DNA from: Hyphomicrobiales bacterium
GTDB lineage: Bacteria; Pseudomonadota; Alphaproteobacteria; Rhizobiales; Beijerinckiaceae
Length of the DNA: 64,000 nt
Assembly: GCA_947456435.1 (NCBI GenBank)
Contig: CANGSG010000001.1
Span: 207-64,206, forward strand
Direction of reading: 5' to 3'
The translations under genes were made by a program, and so were the position numbers. Under the pieces are notes generated by a model. The model did not search any database. It was given only the letters and a program-made list of their open reading frames with translations, and had not been told where the DNA came from. Positions within the stretch are counted from its first letter, which is position 1. Each line of letters begins with the position of its first letter. Below are positions 44,867-54,771 of the stretch, piece after piece.

Positions 44867-45693
44867 GCATCGTCACCGGTGCTGACATGATTTCGATAAA
44901 GATCAATAATGGCGGCGGCTGTCTCTTCGATAGATCGTCTTGTCACGTCAATAATCGGCCAGTTATTCCGCGCACATAAACGCCGCGAATAGATAATTTC
45001 CTCAGCGATCGATGTCTTATCGATATAGGGCGTATCTTCGGATGCATTTAGAGCGAGAAGTCTATTCTGCCTGATTTGGGCGATACGTTCCGGGCTCGCA
45101 ACCAAGCCAACAACCAACGGCTTTTTTACTGCCTCCAATTGTTCGGGTAGGGGGATATTGGGGACGAGGGGAACATTGGCGGTCTTATAACCACGATTAG
45201 CGAGATAGATGCTGGTTGGTGTTTTTGAGGTTCGACTAATGCCGACAAGAATAATATCGGCGCCATCAAGATCCTGACCTTGTTGACCATCATCATGCAT
45301 CATCGTGTAATTTAATGCATCGATGCGTTTGAAATATTCCGCGTTGAGCATGTGCTGCGCGCCAGGGCGGTGCGTATAGGATTGCCCAAGATAAGACTGA
45401 AACATTGTCAGTACGGGATCGAGGATTGAAAGACAGGGACAGCCATAATCTTGGCAGGCCGTTTCAAGCCGTGACGCCAATTGCTTATCGACCAAGGTAT
45501 AGAGAACCATGCCCGGGGCATTTTCTAGGGCGACGATCACGCGGTCTAACTGCGATTCGTTTCTAATGAGCGGATAGATATGCTCGATTGCAGACACGCC
45601 TTCATATTGGGCCGTCGCCGCTCGGCTCACGTTTAATAGCGTTTCACCTGTCGAGTCTGAAACAAGGTGGAGGTGGAAATAGCTTCGGTCCAC
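44863..45693 (-). CDS. pyruvate, phosphate dikinase regulatory protein-like kinase/pyrophosphorylase (DUF299; RP001 homolog)
   Basis: [14 protein letters not shown] and [11 protein letters not shown] motifs. Its position next to hemE matches the RP001/CC0001 gene of Rickettsia and Caulobacter. Confidence 0.85.
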   Translation of the reverse strand: MDRSYFHLHLVSDSTGETLLNVSRAATAQYEGVSAIEHIYPLIRNESQLDRVIVALENAPGMVLYTLVDKQLASRLETACQDYGCPCLSILDPVLTMFQSYLGQSYTHRPGAQHMLNAEYFKRIDALNYTMMHDDGQQGQDLDGADIILVGISRTSKTPTSIYLANRGYKTANVPLVPNIPLPEQLEAVKKPLVVGLVASPERIAQIRQNRLLALNASEDTPYIDKTSIAEEIIYSRRLCARNNWPIIDVTRRSIEETAAAIIDLYRNHVSTGDDA

Positions 45694-46073
45694 GAATTTG
45701 GCCTTGGTTAACTGGCTTAAAGCCTGTGTATCGCAAATGTACTCATGGGGAAAACCCGGACGGAAATCTCCTACGAAGTCCTACTCTCCCGACCTGGCTT
45801 CTTTTTCATCCCCATTCGATACTTTATGGATAAATATAGAGGCTGATCTTGGAATATTGGGAAGAACGGGGATAAATCGAAGCCTGGATCTAGGAAATTT
45901 TTATCTAAATATATGAAAAATATAATGAAATTTATCCATTTTCACTTTGTTTCTTTCGCCAGGTTTAAAAAGCTATTTTGTTAAAAAATATTGGATAAAC
46001 GAGGGACAAAACCCTATTCTTGATAATCCCTTTCTAACAAAAGCAAAAACTTAAGACCTTTAAAGGAAAGAAA
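45694..46073. other. candidate chromosomal replication origin (oriC)
   Basis: 380-bp non-coding gap between hemE and the RP001 homolog. Strongly AT-rich core ~45895-45990. Five DnaA-box-like 9-mers with 1-2 mismatches. Genes diverge from this point, and parS/parAB lie 4-8 kb away. Confidence 0.7.
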
Positions 46074-47117
46074 TTGACCAGTTCAAAACCCGTCCCGACC
46101 AAAAAGTTGCTGGCTGTATTAGATGGTCAACGTTTTGAGAAACCGCCGATTTGGATCATGCGGCAGGCTGGTCGATACCTTCCTGAATATCGTGAGGTCC
46201 GTACCAAGGCGAAGAACTTTATCGAATTCTGTTACTCGCCTGATTTGGCCACAGAAGTAACACTTCAGCCCATCCGCCGATTTGGATTTGATGCAGCAAT
46301 CCTTTTCTCGGATATTCTGGTTGTTCCCGATGCTTTGGGTTTGCCGGTTCATTTTGTCGAAAATGAAGGTCCAAAGCTTCAACCTTTGGATCCAAAGCTA
46401 AACTTTAGCGAAATTCATAATGAAATCGATCTTGAACGGTTAAGCCCTGTTTTTGAGGCTATTCGGCGAATTCGGTCAGCTTTGCCGAAAGAGACAACTT
46501 TTTTAGGTTTCTGCGGCGCGCCCTGGACTGTTGCGAGTTATATGATCGCCGGTAAAGGGACGCCTGAATTGGCGCCGAGCCGTTTACTCGCTTACCGACA
46601 TCCTGATTATGTGCAGAAATTGATCGATCGTTTGGTCGAAGCGTCAATCGCCTATCTTATTCGGCAAGCTGAGGCGGGCGTTGACGCAATTCAGATTTTT
46701 GAAAGTTTTGCTGGGGCTTTGACCGGTGACGGTATAGGAAAATATTCTATTGAGCCGATTACAAAGATCATCAAAGGTGTCCGCCAGAAATATCCTGACA
46801 TGAGATTTATTGTGTTTGGACGCGGCTCGGGTGGTAATCACGTCCGTTATGCGCGGGAAACTGGAGCAAATGCTGTCGGGCTCGATTGGGGTGTTGATCC
46901 TCAATGGGCAGCGAAAGCGGTTCAGCCAATACTTCCGGTTCAGGGAAACCTTGATCCGCTGGCTGTGGTTGCGGGTGGGGACACTCTTGATCGGCAGACC
47001 GACGCTATCCTTGAGGCCTTTTCAGAAGGCGGCCATATCTTCAATTTTGGGCATGGGATTGTGCCAGAGACTCCTATTGAAAATGTCGAACGGCTCTTGC
47101 GGCGGATTCGAGGCTAA
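46074..47117 (+). CDS. hemE: uroporphyrinogen decarboxylase
   Basis: PPIWIMRQAGRYLPEY signature, 347 aa, TTG start. Confidence 0.95.
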   Translation: MTSSKPVPTKKLLAVLDGQRFEKPPIWIMRQAGRYLPEYREVRTKAKNFIEFCYSPDLATEVTLQPIRRFGFDAAILFSDILVVPDALGLPVHFVENEGPKLQPLDPKLNFSEIHNEIDLERLSPVFEAIRRIRSALPKETTFLGFCGAPWTVASYMIAGKGTPELAPSRLLAYRHPDYVQKLIDRLVEASIAYLIRQAEAGVDAIQIFESFAGALTGDGIGKYSIEPITKIIKGVRQKYPDMRFIVFGRGSGGNHVRYARETGANAVGLDWGVDPQWAAKAVQPILPVQGNLDPLAVVAGGDTLDRQTDAILEAFSEGGHIFNFGHGIVPETPIENVERLLRRIRG

Positions 47118-47122
47118 TTTCT

Positions 47123-47545
47123 GTGCTTTATTTCTGGATTAAGACCCTCCATGTGCTTGCCGTGATTTCATGGATGGCGGGGCTACTCTATCTACCCCGA
47201 CTTTTTGTTTATCACGCGGGTGTAGCGGTCGGTTCTGAAACTTCTGAGCTTTTTAAAATCATGGAACGGCGGTTGTTGAAGGCGATTATGACGCCTGCAA
47301 TGATTGTCGCGTGGGTTTGCGGTTTATGGATTGCCTTTGATCAAGGCTTTTTCACGCAAACTTGGTTCAGTTTGAAAATGATTGCTGTTTTGATCATGAG
47401 CGGCGTTCATGGGCTTTTGGCCCGCCATGTCAGGTTTTTTGCTGAAGATCGGAATGTTAAACAGCATCGTTATTTCCGTATCGTGAACGAGATTCCAACA
47501 GTTCTAATGATATTCGCCGTTGGGCTTGTCATTTTCAAACCTTAA
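47123..47545 (+). CDS. hemJ: protoporphyrinogen IX oxidase HemJ (UPF0093 membrane protein)
   Basis: 140 aa with 4 TM helices. WIKTLHVLAVISWMAGLLYLPRLFVYH is typical of HemJ. Follows hemE. Confidence 0.8.
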   Translation: MLYFWIKTLHVLAVISWMAGLLYLPRLFVYHAGVAVGSETSELFKIMERRLLKAIMTPAMIVAWVCGLWIAFDQGFFTQTWFSLKMIAVLIMSGVHGLLARHVRFFAEDRNVKQHRYFRIVNEIPTVLMIFAVGLVIFKP

Positions 47546-47748
47546 CCGTTTGAGCATAATCTCTTGCCCTCTTCGATAAATCGGGATATCGAAACAACAT
47601 TCCGTTCTGGAATCCCTCGATTGCCTTCCGACAGTATCCTGTCTAACCGGTCGAGATACCGCGTTTCGGTCATCGTGGGTTGAATTCGTTTTAATCCGAA
47701 ATATTCAGGCGTGGGCAGGATTCTGCGCGCCGTTTTTTAAGGTGTTTC
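47546..47748 (+). promoter_or_regulatory. long rho 5' leader (candidate autoregulatory attenuator region)
   Basis: 203 nt upstream of rho. The first ~105 nt are C-rich and G-poor (about 31 C vs 19 G by hand count) and lack strong hairpins. Confidence 0.3.
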
Positions 47749-49014
47749 ATGCGTGAAATGAAACTTCAGGATCTCAAGCGTAAATCGCCCACAGATCTTC
47801 TCGCTTTTGCCGAAGAACATGCTGTCGAGAATGCCGGCACGATGCGCAAACAGGAATTGATGTTTGCTATTTTGAAGCAACTCGCGGCGAATGAGACCGA
47901 GATTATCGGCGAGGGCGTTGTTGAAGTTTTACCTGACGGCTTCGGCTTCTTGCGATCGCCTGATTCAAATTATCTTGCTGGCCCCGATGATATCTATGTC
48001 TCCCCCGCGCAAATTCGTCGTTTTGGATTGAGAACGGGCGATACGGTTGAAGGGCAAATCAGAGGCCCGAAAGACGGAGAGCGTTATTTCGCTCTGGTCA
48101 AAGTTAACACGATTAATTTTGAAGATCCGGAAAAAGCTCGCCACAAAGTTAACTTCGACAATCTGACGCCGCTTTATCCAAACAAGCGACTTAAGCTTGA
48201 GATTGAAGATCCGACGCGAAAAGATTTTTCGGCCCGTGTGATCGATATCGTTTCGCCGATTGGTAAGGGACAACGCGGATTGATCGTGGCGCCGCCACGG
48301 ACTGGTAAAACAGTTCTTTTGCAGAATATTGCGCAATCAATCACGACCAATCATCCTGAATGTTATTTGATTGTTCTTCTAATTGATGAGCGTCCTGAAG
48401 AAGTCACTGATATGCAGCGTTCGGTGAAGGGTGAGGTCGTTTCATCAACCTTCGATGAACCCGCACAACGCCACGTTCAAGTCGCTGAAATGGTGATCGA
48501 GAAAGCAAAGAGATTAGTTGAGCATGGTCGCGATGTCGTGATTTTGCTTGATTCAATTACGCGCCTTGGTCGCGCCTACAACACGGTTGTCCCGTCATCA
48601 GGTAAGGTTTTGACCGGCGGTGTTGATGCAAATGCGCTTCAACGGCCTAAGCGTTTCTTCGGTGCGGCGCGTAACATTGAAGAGGGCGGATCGCTGACCA
48701 TTATTGCAACAGCGTTGATTGATACGGGTAGCCGTATGGACGAAGTGATCTTCGAAGAGTTCAAAGGCACGGGTAATTCGGAAATCATTCTCGATCGTAA
48801 GGTTTCCGATAAGCGTGTCTTCCCAGCGCTCGACATCACACGCTCTGGAACGCGTAAAGAAGAATTGCTTGTTGCACCTGATGTCCTCAAGAAGATGTAT
48901 GTGCTGCGGCGTATTCTCAATCCGATGGGAACGGTCGATGCGATCGAGTTTCTCGCGGATAAATTGCGTCAGACAAAAACCAATTCTGATTTCTTCGATT
49001 CAATGAATACGTAA
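47749..49014 (+). CDS. rho: transcription termination factor Rho
   Basis: N-terminal and CSD-like RNA-binding domains, with Walker A APPRTGKT; 421 aa. Confidence 0.97.
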   Translation: MREMKLQDLKRKSPTDLLAFAEEHAVENAGTMRKQELMFAILKQLAANETEIIGEGVVEVLPDGFGFLRSPDSNYLAGPDDIYVSPAQIRRFGLRTGDTVEGQIRGPKDGERYFALVKVNTINFEDPEKARHKVNFDNLTPLYPNKRLKLEIEDPTRKDFSARVIDIVSPIGKGQRGLIVAPPRTGKTVLLQNIAQSITTNHPECYLIVLLIDERPEEVTDMQRSVKGEVVSSTFDEPAQRHVQVAEMVIEKAKRLVEHGRDVVILLDSITRLGRAYNTVVPSSGKVLTGGVDANALQRPKRFFGAARNIEEGGSLTIIATALIDTGSRMDEVIFEEFKGTGNSEIILDRKVSDKRVFPALDITRSGTRKEELLVAPDVLKKMYVLRRILNPMGTVDAIEFLADKLRQTKTNSDFFDSMNT

Positions 49015-49036
49015 TTGAACTGATGGGGTCGGGTAT

Positions 49037-50380
49037 ATGACCCGCAAAGATCAGGCTTTTTCAGAGACGATTTTTGCACCGGCAACAGCGCCGGGTCGCG
49101 CGGGCGTATCGATAATTCGCATATCGGGGCCGGGAACAAAGACCGCGCTTCTCGAGATGGCTGGTACGCTTCCTTCACCGCGTCAGGTGGTTCTCCGCAT
49201 TCTTAAAGACCATCAAAATGCACCGATCGATCAAGCGCTTTGTTTGTACTTTGAGGGTCCAGATAGTTTCACGGGTGAGGATGTTGGTGAATTTCATATT
49301 CATGGATCACCAGCCGTATTGAGCGCTTGCCTTAATCGATTGTCGGCATTCGCCGGCTTTCGTATTGCAGAGCCTGGCGAGTTTGCTCGTCGAGCCTTTG
49401 AAAATGGAAAACTTGATCTCTCAGCTATTGAGGGGTTAGCTGATCTCATTGATGCCGAGACTGAAATTCAGCGGCAGCAAGCTTTACGTCAGTTGCAAGG
49501 GGGGCTCACGCGCGAGTCGGATCGTTGGCGGGAAGATTTAATCAAAGCCATGGCGCTTTTTGATGCTGAGCTAGATTTTTCTGACGAAGCCGATGTTGAC
49601 GCTTTGGTTTTCGCTCAAGCTCGGGAAATTCTGTCTCAGTTGGCAAGAGAAATGCGCGAGGCGCTTTCGAAAGCCGCTTGGGGCGAGCGTGTTCGTGATG
49701 GTTTTGTTGTTCTTTTGGCCGGGCCGCCCAATTCTGGGAAATCGACACTTTTGAATGCCCTTGCTAGCCGGGATGTAGCAATTGTTTCCGACCGACCGGG
49801 TACAACACGCGATCTGATTGAAATACGCCTCGATTTAAAAGGCCTACCAGTATTATTGATCGATAGCGCGGGAATTCGCGAGAGCGTCGATGAAATTGAG
49901 AATGAGGGGATTAGGCGTACGCTTGAGCAACTCGCTCGCGCGGATCTCGTTCTTTGGCTGCAATCAAGCTGTGAAGAGAGATTTGGTCCAACGCAGGAAA
50001 TTATTGGATCAGGTTGTCGCGTTATTGAAGTGATAACGCAGATTGATCGAGGTGAGGGCGTCTCGACAGGTGACTTGGCCATTTCTGCAAAGACGGGCTT
50101 TGGGATGGATCGTCTCATTGATTTGATCAGCAATCATGTGATGAGCAATTTTGAAAGAGGATCGTCCTCGGCGCTTCTGACAAGGGCGCGCCACCGCGCA
50201 GCCGTCGTGGAAGCTCTAGAATTTATTGACAGAGCTATTGCGGCAGGGCACGGAACAGGTGTTGAGCTAATAGCGGAAGAGATTAGGCTTGCCGCACGGG
50301 CGATTGGTAAAATCACTGGCAACGTGTCCGTTGATGATGTTTTAGATCGACTATTTTCGAGTTTTTGTATCGGGAAGTGA
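49037..50380 (+). CDS. mnmE: tRNA modification GTPase MnmE
   Basis: TIFAPATAPGRAGVSIIRISG N-terminus, G-domain GPPNSGKSTLLN, C-terminal CIGK. Confidence 0.95.
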   Translation: MTRKDQAFSETIFAPATAPGRAGVSIIRISGPGTKTALLEMAGTLPSPRQVVLRILKDHQNAPIDQALCLYFEGPDSFTGEDVGEFHIHGSPAVLSACLNRLSAFAGFRIAEPGEFARRAFENGKLDLSAIEGLADLIDAETEIQRQQALRQLQGGLTRESDRWREDLIKAMALFDAELDFSDEADVDALVFAQAREILSQLAREMREALSKAAWGERVRDGFVVLLAGPPNSGKSTLLNALASRDVAIVSDRPGTTRDLIEIRLDLKGLPVLLIDSAGIRESVDEIENEGIRRTLEQLARADLVLWLQSSCEERFGPTQEIIGSGCRVIEVITQIDRGEGVSTGDLAISAKTGFGMDRLIDLISNHVMSNFERGSSSALLTRARHRAAVVEALEFIDRAIAAGHGTGVELIAEEIRLAARAIGKITGNVSVDDVLDRLFSSFCIGK

Positions 50381-50387
50381 TCGATAC

Positions 50388-50403
50388 TGTTTCACGTGAA
50401 ACA
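50388..50403. other. parS: parS centromere-like site (perfect palindrome TGTTTCACGTGAAACA)
   Basis: Exact 16-bp palindrome matching the ParB/Spo0J parS consensus, in the mnmE-mnmG intergenic gap, 22 nt before the mnmG start. Confidence 0.85.
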
Positions 50404-50425
50404 ATTCTGAGAAGCGGAATTCTCC

Positions 50426-52306
50426 TTGGATCATTTTGATGTCATTGTAGTCGGCGGTGGCCATGCGGGGACGGAAGCCGCAGCGGCAGCTTCGCGCTAT
50501 GGCGCGCGCACGGCTTTAGTGACGATCTCAAAAGACAGTATTGGGGTGATGTCTTGCAATCCGGCGATTGGTGGATTGGGAAAAGGTCATCTTGTCCGGG
50601 AAATCGATGCTCTCGGCGGCCTTATGGCTTTAGCGGCGGATCGGGGTGGGATTCAATTTCGCGTCTTGAATCGGAGCAAGGGTCCGGCTGTTCGTGGACC
50701 GCGCGCTCAGGCTGATCGGAAACTCTATAGGCAGGCTGTTCAGGCGCTTCTTGCAGAAGAATCGAATCTGACAATTATCGATGGTCTCGTCGATGATTTG
50801 CTTCTTGATCCAAGTCAGTCGCGGGTGAACGGGATCCGGCTTTCTGATGGTCGGGAGTTGAGTGGTGGCGCGGTAGTTTTGACGACGGGGACATTTCTGA
50901 ATGGCCTCGTCCATATCGGACCAGTCACTTTTCCCGCTGGCCGCATGGGCGAACCGCCGTCGGGCGGCTTATCAAATACACTTAACGCCCTTGGATTTCC
51001 GCTCGGCCGGTTGAAGACGGGGACACCGCCGCGACTCGATGGGCGCACAATTGATTGGGCGTCTCTTGAGAGCCAGCTTGGCGATGATCCCCCGGAGCCG
51101 TTTTCGGTCCTGACCGATAGGATCGAGACGCCTCAAATTGCCTGTGGTATTACTTGGACGACTGATGCCGGCCATGAAGTGATCAAAAGCCGTATTGGTG
51201 AGGCACCTATTTATTCTGGCCAGATTGATGGTCGTGGACCACGATATTGCCCGTCCATTGAGGATAAGGTGGTACGTTTTGGTGATCGGACAAGGCACCA
51301 AATCTTTCTAGAGCCTGAGGGTCTCGACGATCCGACAGTCTATCCCAACGGGATTTCAAGCTCGATGCCCGAGGATGTGCAACGGGCCTTCGTTGCCACA
51401 ATCCCCGGTCTAGAAAAGACTCGGATAATCCGGCCGGGCTATGCGATCGAGTATGATTATGTCGATCCGCGGTCTCTTGAGCCCAGTTTGGAAACCAAGC
51501 GGATTCAAGGCCTGTTTTTCGCGGGGCAAATAAACGGTACAACAGGATATGAGGAAGCGGGCGCTCAAGGTCTCGTTGCGGGTTTGAATGCTGCCAGACG
51601 AGCAGGCGCGTCCGAACTCATCACGATTGACCGGACGGACGCCTATATCGGCGTCATGATTGATGATCTTGTAACGCAGGGTGTAACCGAGCCCTATCGG
51701 ATGTTTACCTCCCGGTCTGAATATCGCCTTTCTCTTCGGTCGGATAATGCTGACGAGCGTCTGACCCAAAAGGGTGTGGACTGGGGGCTTGTCCGAGGAG
51801 AGCGGTTAACGAAGTTTGCTCACCGTCATCAAGAACTTGTAAGATGGCGCGATCTCTTGAAGGCCCTCCAACTCAGCCCCAGTGAAGCCGTTCAAAAAGG
51901 CCTAAAGGTCAATCAGGACGGAATAAGACGTGCGGCATTCGATCTTTTATCTTACCCTGATCAAACCCTCGCTAATCTTGCCCGAATCTGGCCCGAACTC
52001 TCTCAGATTTCGCCGGCTCTCGTCGACCGTCTTGAAAATGACGCGCGTTACGCTGTTTATCTGGATCGCCAGAAGCGGGACATCGCGACCTATCAGCGGG
52101 ACGAGTCCCTCTTTATTCCGGCTGATCTCGATTATGCGCATCTTTCAGGATTATCGGCTGAATTGCGATTGAAGCTTGAAGCTGTTCGCCCACGCACAAT
52201 CGGGCAGGCCGGCCGGATCGAAGGCATCACTCCGGCAGCGTTAACGCTTCTCGCCGCTCGTGCTCGCAAAAGAGGGTCCGCAGGATCAGCGCGTGGCCAA
52301 GACTGA
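50426..52306 (+). CDS. mnmG: tRNA uridine 5-carboxymethylaminomethyl modification enzyme MnmG
   Basis: [19 protein letters not shown] motif, 626 aa. Confidence 0.97.
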   Translation: MDHFDVIVVGGGHAGTEAAAAASRYGARTALVTISKDSIGVMSCNPAIGGLGKGHLVREIDALGGLMALAADRGGIQFRVLNRSKGPAVRGPRAQADRKLYRQAVQALLAEESNLTIIDGLVDDLLLDPSQSRVNGIRLSDGRELSGGAVVLTTGTFLNGLVHIGPVTFPAGRMGEPPSGGLSNTLNALGFPLGRLKTGTPPRLDGRTIDWASLESQLGDDPPEPFSVLTDRIETPQIACGITWTTDAGHEVIKSRIGEAPIYSGQIDGRGPRYCPSIEDKVVRFGDRTRHQIFLEPEGLDDPTVYPNGISSSMPEDVQRAFVATIPGLEKTRIIRPGYAIEYDYVDPRSLEPSLETKRIQGLFFAGQINGTTGYEEAGAQGLVAGLNAARRAGASELITIDRTDAYIGVMIDDLVTQGVTEPYRMFTSRSEYRLSLRSDNADERLTQKGVDWGLVRGERLTKFAHRHQELVRWRDLLKALQLSPSEAVQKGLKVNQDGIRRAAFDLLSYPDQTLANLARIWPELSQISPALVDRLENDARYAVYLDRQKRDIATYQRDESLFIPADLDYAHLSGLSAELRLKLEAVRPRTIGQAGRIEGITPAALTLLAARARKRGSAGSARGQD

Positions 52307-52311
52307 ATTCA

Positions 52312-52974
52312 ATGAGCGCAAAGCAACCCGACGAAACCAGTAAAAGCGCCGATCAGATCGAGGCCCTTAATCTGGTTCCTGTTTCACGTGAAACAAAAGA
52401 ACGCCTTGAAGTTTACGTCGATAATCTGATCCGTTGGCAGAAAATCAAAAATCTTGTTGGTCCTAAAACACTTGCCGAAGTGTGGACACGACATATCGCC
52501 GATAGCGCTCAGCTCGCCCCCTTCATCAGTTCCGAAGCAAAATGCCTTGTCGATTTGGGATCGGGGGCGGGTTTCCCGGGACTTGTCCTGGCATGTCTCC
52601 ACGCAGAACGCGCAAATTTTGAAACCCATTTGATTGAAAGCAACGGCCGAAAGGCCGCCTTTCTTCGTGAAGTTGCGCGCACTCTTAAATTAAACGTCCA
52701 TGTACACGATAAACGCATTGAGGAGGCTCTTCAGGCCATTGCTCCTCAAATTGACGTCCTGACGGCGCGCGCTCTGGCGCCGCTTTCCGACCTCTTTAAA
52801 ATGTATGGATTTTTACCCCGTCCGCCGCGTAAAGCTTTGTTTTTAAAGGGACAAGATATAGATAGTGAGTTGACGGAAGCCGCTAAATATTGGAGTATCA
52901 ATAGCGAAATCGTGCCGAGTCGGACTAATCCTGAAGGTCGCATTTTGGTCGTTAACGCGATTAGGCCGAAGTAA
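52312..52974 (+). CDS. rsmG: 16S rRNA (guanine527-N7)-methyltransferase
   Basis: DLGSGAGFPGLVLA SAM motif, in the gidA-gidB-parAB order. Confidence 0.9.
   Translation: MSAKQPDETSKSADQIEALNLVPVSRETKERLEVYVDNLIRWQKIKNLVGPKTLAEVWTRHIADSAQLAPFISSEAKCLVDLGSGAGFPGLVLACLHAERANFETHLIESNGRKAAFLREVARTLKLNVHVHDKRIEEALQAIAPQIDVLTARALAPLSDLFKMYGFLPRPPRKALFLKGQDIDSELTEAAKYWSINSEIVPSRTNPEGRILVVNAIRPK
52380..52395. other. parS: parS centromere-like site inside rsmG (identical copy)
   Basis: Same exact 16-mer TGTTTCACGTGAAACA. In the rsmG frame it encodes the V-S-R-E-T segment. Confidence 0.85.
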
Positions 52975-53003
52975 GAAAAACAGTTTTCCGGAGATTGCCG
53001 ACC

Positions 53004-53849
53004 ATGATTGATGTTTCTTTCGATCACCTGGACAGCCCTGTCTCCCGCCCACGGATATTGGCTTTGGCTAATCAAAAAGGCGGCGTCGGCAAGACAACAA
53101 CAGCCATCAATTTGGGAACAGCGCTTGCTGCAATTGGCGAGAAGGTCTTGATCGTTGATCTCGATCCTCAGGGAAATGCTTCAACTGGATTAGGAATTGA
53201 TCAGAAGAGCCGCACGATATCGACCTATGATATCATGACAGGCGAGGCACCGCTTGATCGCGCGATCCGACCGACAGCTGTGCCCCGCCTTTTCGTCGCG
53301 CCATCGACGCTTGATCTCTTAGGCCTTGAGCTTGAAATCGCTAATGACAGGGACCGTGCCCATCGCTTGAAAAAGGCGATTTCGATGCTTTCGCTTTCAC
53401 AAGCCTCAACAGGTGATGAGCCTTTCACTTATATCCTCGTTGATTGTCCCCCGTCGCTTAATCTGTTGACGATTAATGCCATGGCCGCATCCGATGCTGT
53501 GGTGGTTCCCTTGCAATGCGAGTTCTTTGCGCTTGAAGGTCTCTCGCAGCTTTTGAAAACGGTCGAGCAGGTGCGACAGTCGCTTAATCCCGGCCTGTCA
53601 ATCCACGGCATTGTTCTCACCATGTTTGATTCACGGAACAATCTATGTTCTCAGGTTGTTGACGATGTCCGCGCCTTTATGGGCACCAAAGTCTATGACA
53701 CGGTCATTCCGAGAAATGTCCGCGTTTCAGAGGCCCCCTCTTATGGCAAGCCCGTGTTGCTTTATGATTTGAAATCGACGGGTGCCCAAGCCTATCTCAA
53801 ACTGGCTTCGGAAGTCATTCAGCGCGAACGCGCTCTTCTCGCCGCCTGA
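53004..53849 (+). CDS. parA: chromosome partitioning ATPase ParA
   Basis: ILALANQKGGVGKTTTAINL deviant Walker A. ATG 53004 has GGAGA 9 nt upstream, whereas the track TTG 52995 abuts the SD. Confidence 0.95.
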   Translation: MIDVSFDHLDSPVSRPRILALANQKGGVGKTTTAINLGTALAAIGEKVLIVDLDPQGNASTGLGIDQKSRTISTYDIMTGEAPLDRAIRPTAVPRLFVAPSTLDLLGLELEIANDRDRAHRLKKAISMLSLSQASTGDEPFTYILVDCPPSLNLLTINAMAASDAVVVPLQCEFFALEGLSQLLKTVEQVRQSLNPGLSIHGIVLTMFDSRNNLCSQVVDDVRAFMGTKVYDTVIPRNVRVSEAPSYGKPVLLYDLKSTGAQAYLKLASEVIQRERALLAA

Positions 53850-53892
53850 GCCGCACCCGCTTCAAAGTTTCAATAAGAAAAGGAAGACCGTC

Positions 53893-54771
53893 ATGGCCGA
53901 AGAACAAAATCGGTCGCGCCTCGGCAGGGGCCTTGCCGCGTTGATCGGCGAGGCGAATGAGACCGCCACAGCTTCGGCACCCGATCGCACGCGTGGCACT
54001 CGAAAGATTCCTACCGAGTTTCTTCGCGCTAGCCCCCGCAACCCCCGCCGCCATTTTTCTGATGAAGAGCTGGAAGATCTTGCGAATTCGATTCGCGAGA
54101 AAGGCATTATCCAACCGATCCTCGTTCGTCCGATGCCCGGTGTAGACGGCGTATTCGAAATCATTGCGGGTGAACGCCGTTGGCGCGCGGCGCAGCGTGC
54201 TGCACTTCACGAAGTGCCGATCGTTATCGTTGAAGTCGCTGATCGTGAAGCTTTTGAAATCGCGTTGATTGAAAATGTTCAACGCGCTGACCTTAATCCG
54301 CTCGAAGAGGCTTTGGGCTATGAGAAATTAGCGGCTGATTATGGCTATTCGCAAAATGATCTTGCGCGCGTAATCGGGAAGAGTCGTAGCCACATCGCCA
54401 ATACGATGCGGCTCGCGAAACTGCCAGCTGGCGTTCAAAGCCTCTTATCATCGGGAGCGCTGTCCGCAGGTCACGCACGAGCATTGCTCGCCGTGAAAGA
54501 ACCGGAAAATGTTGCGCGTCGCATTGTTGAACTTGGCTTGACCGTACGTGATGTTGAGCGCATCGCCCAAGAAGATACTACCAGCAACAAGACGGCAGCG
54601 ACAAAGAAGAAAACAGAAAAAGACCCTGACACGCGTGCGCTTGAAAAAGCGCTTGAAGATGTTTTGGGTTTGTCAGTTTCTATTGTGCACGGTGCGCGTG
54701 GCGGTGAATTACGTATCAAATATCGCACACTCGAACAGCTCGATAATATCTGTTTGAGACTACGAGGCTAA
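53893..54771 (+). CDS. parB: chromosome partitioning protein ParB
   Basis: RLGRGLAALIGE, GERRWRAA, HTH and C-terminal dimerisation regions. ATG 53893 (MAEEQNRSRLGRGL). Confidence 0.95.
   Translation: MAEEQNRSRLGRGLAALIGEANETATASAPDRTRGTRKIPTEFLRASPRNPRRHFSDEELEDLANSIREKGIIQPILVRPMPGVDGVFEIIAGERRWRAAQRAALHEVPIVIVEVADREAFEIALIENVQRADLNPLEEALGYEKLAADYGYSQNDLARVIGKSRSHIANTMRLAKLPAGVQSLLSSGALSAGHARALLAVKEPENVARRIVELGLTVRDVERIAQEDTTSNKTAATKKKTEKDPDTRALEKALEDVLGLSVSIVHGARGGELRIKYRTLEQLDNICLRLRG

Noticed and set aside
45694-46073. CtrA boxes (TTAA-N7-TTAA) and GANTC methylation sites in the candidate origin
   Set aside because: Only TTAA pairs with N5 or N12 spacing are present (for example 45708-45720 and 46051-46063), and I saw no GANTC. 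There is therefore no support for Caulobacter-style CtrA control from this sequence.
47743-47758. parS-like TGTTTCATGCGTGAAA overlapping the rho start codon
   Set aside because: The half-sites TTTCA/TGAAA are separated by 4 nt instead of forming the contiguous CACGTG core. It does not align to the 16-bp parS without an indel.
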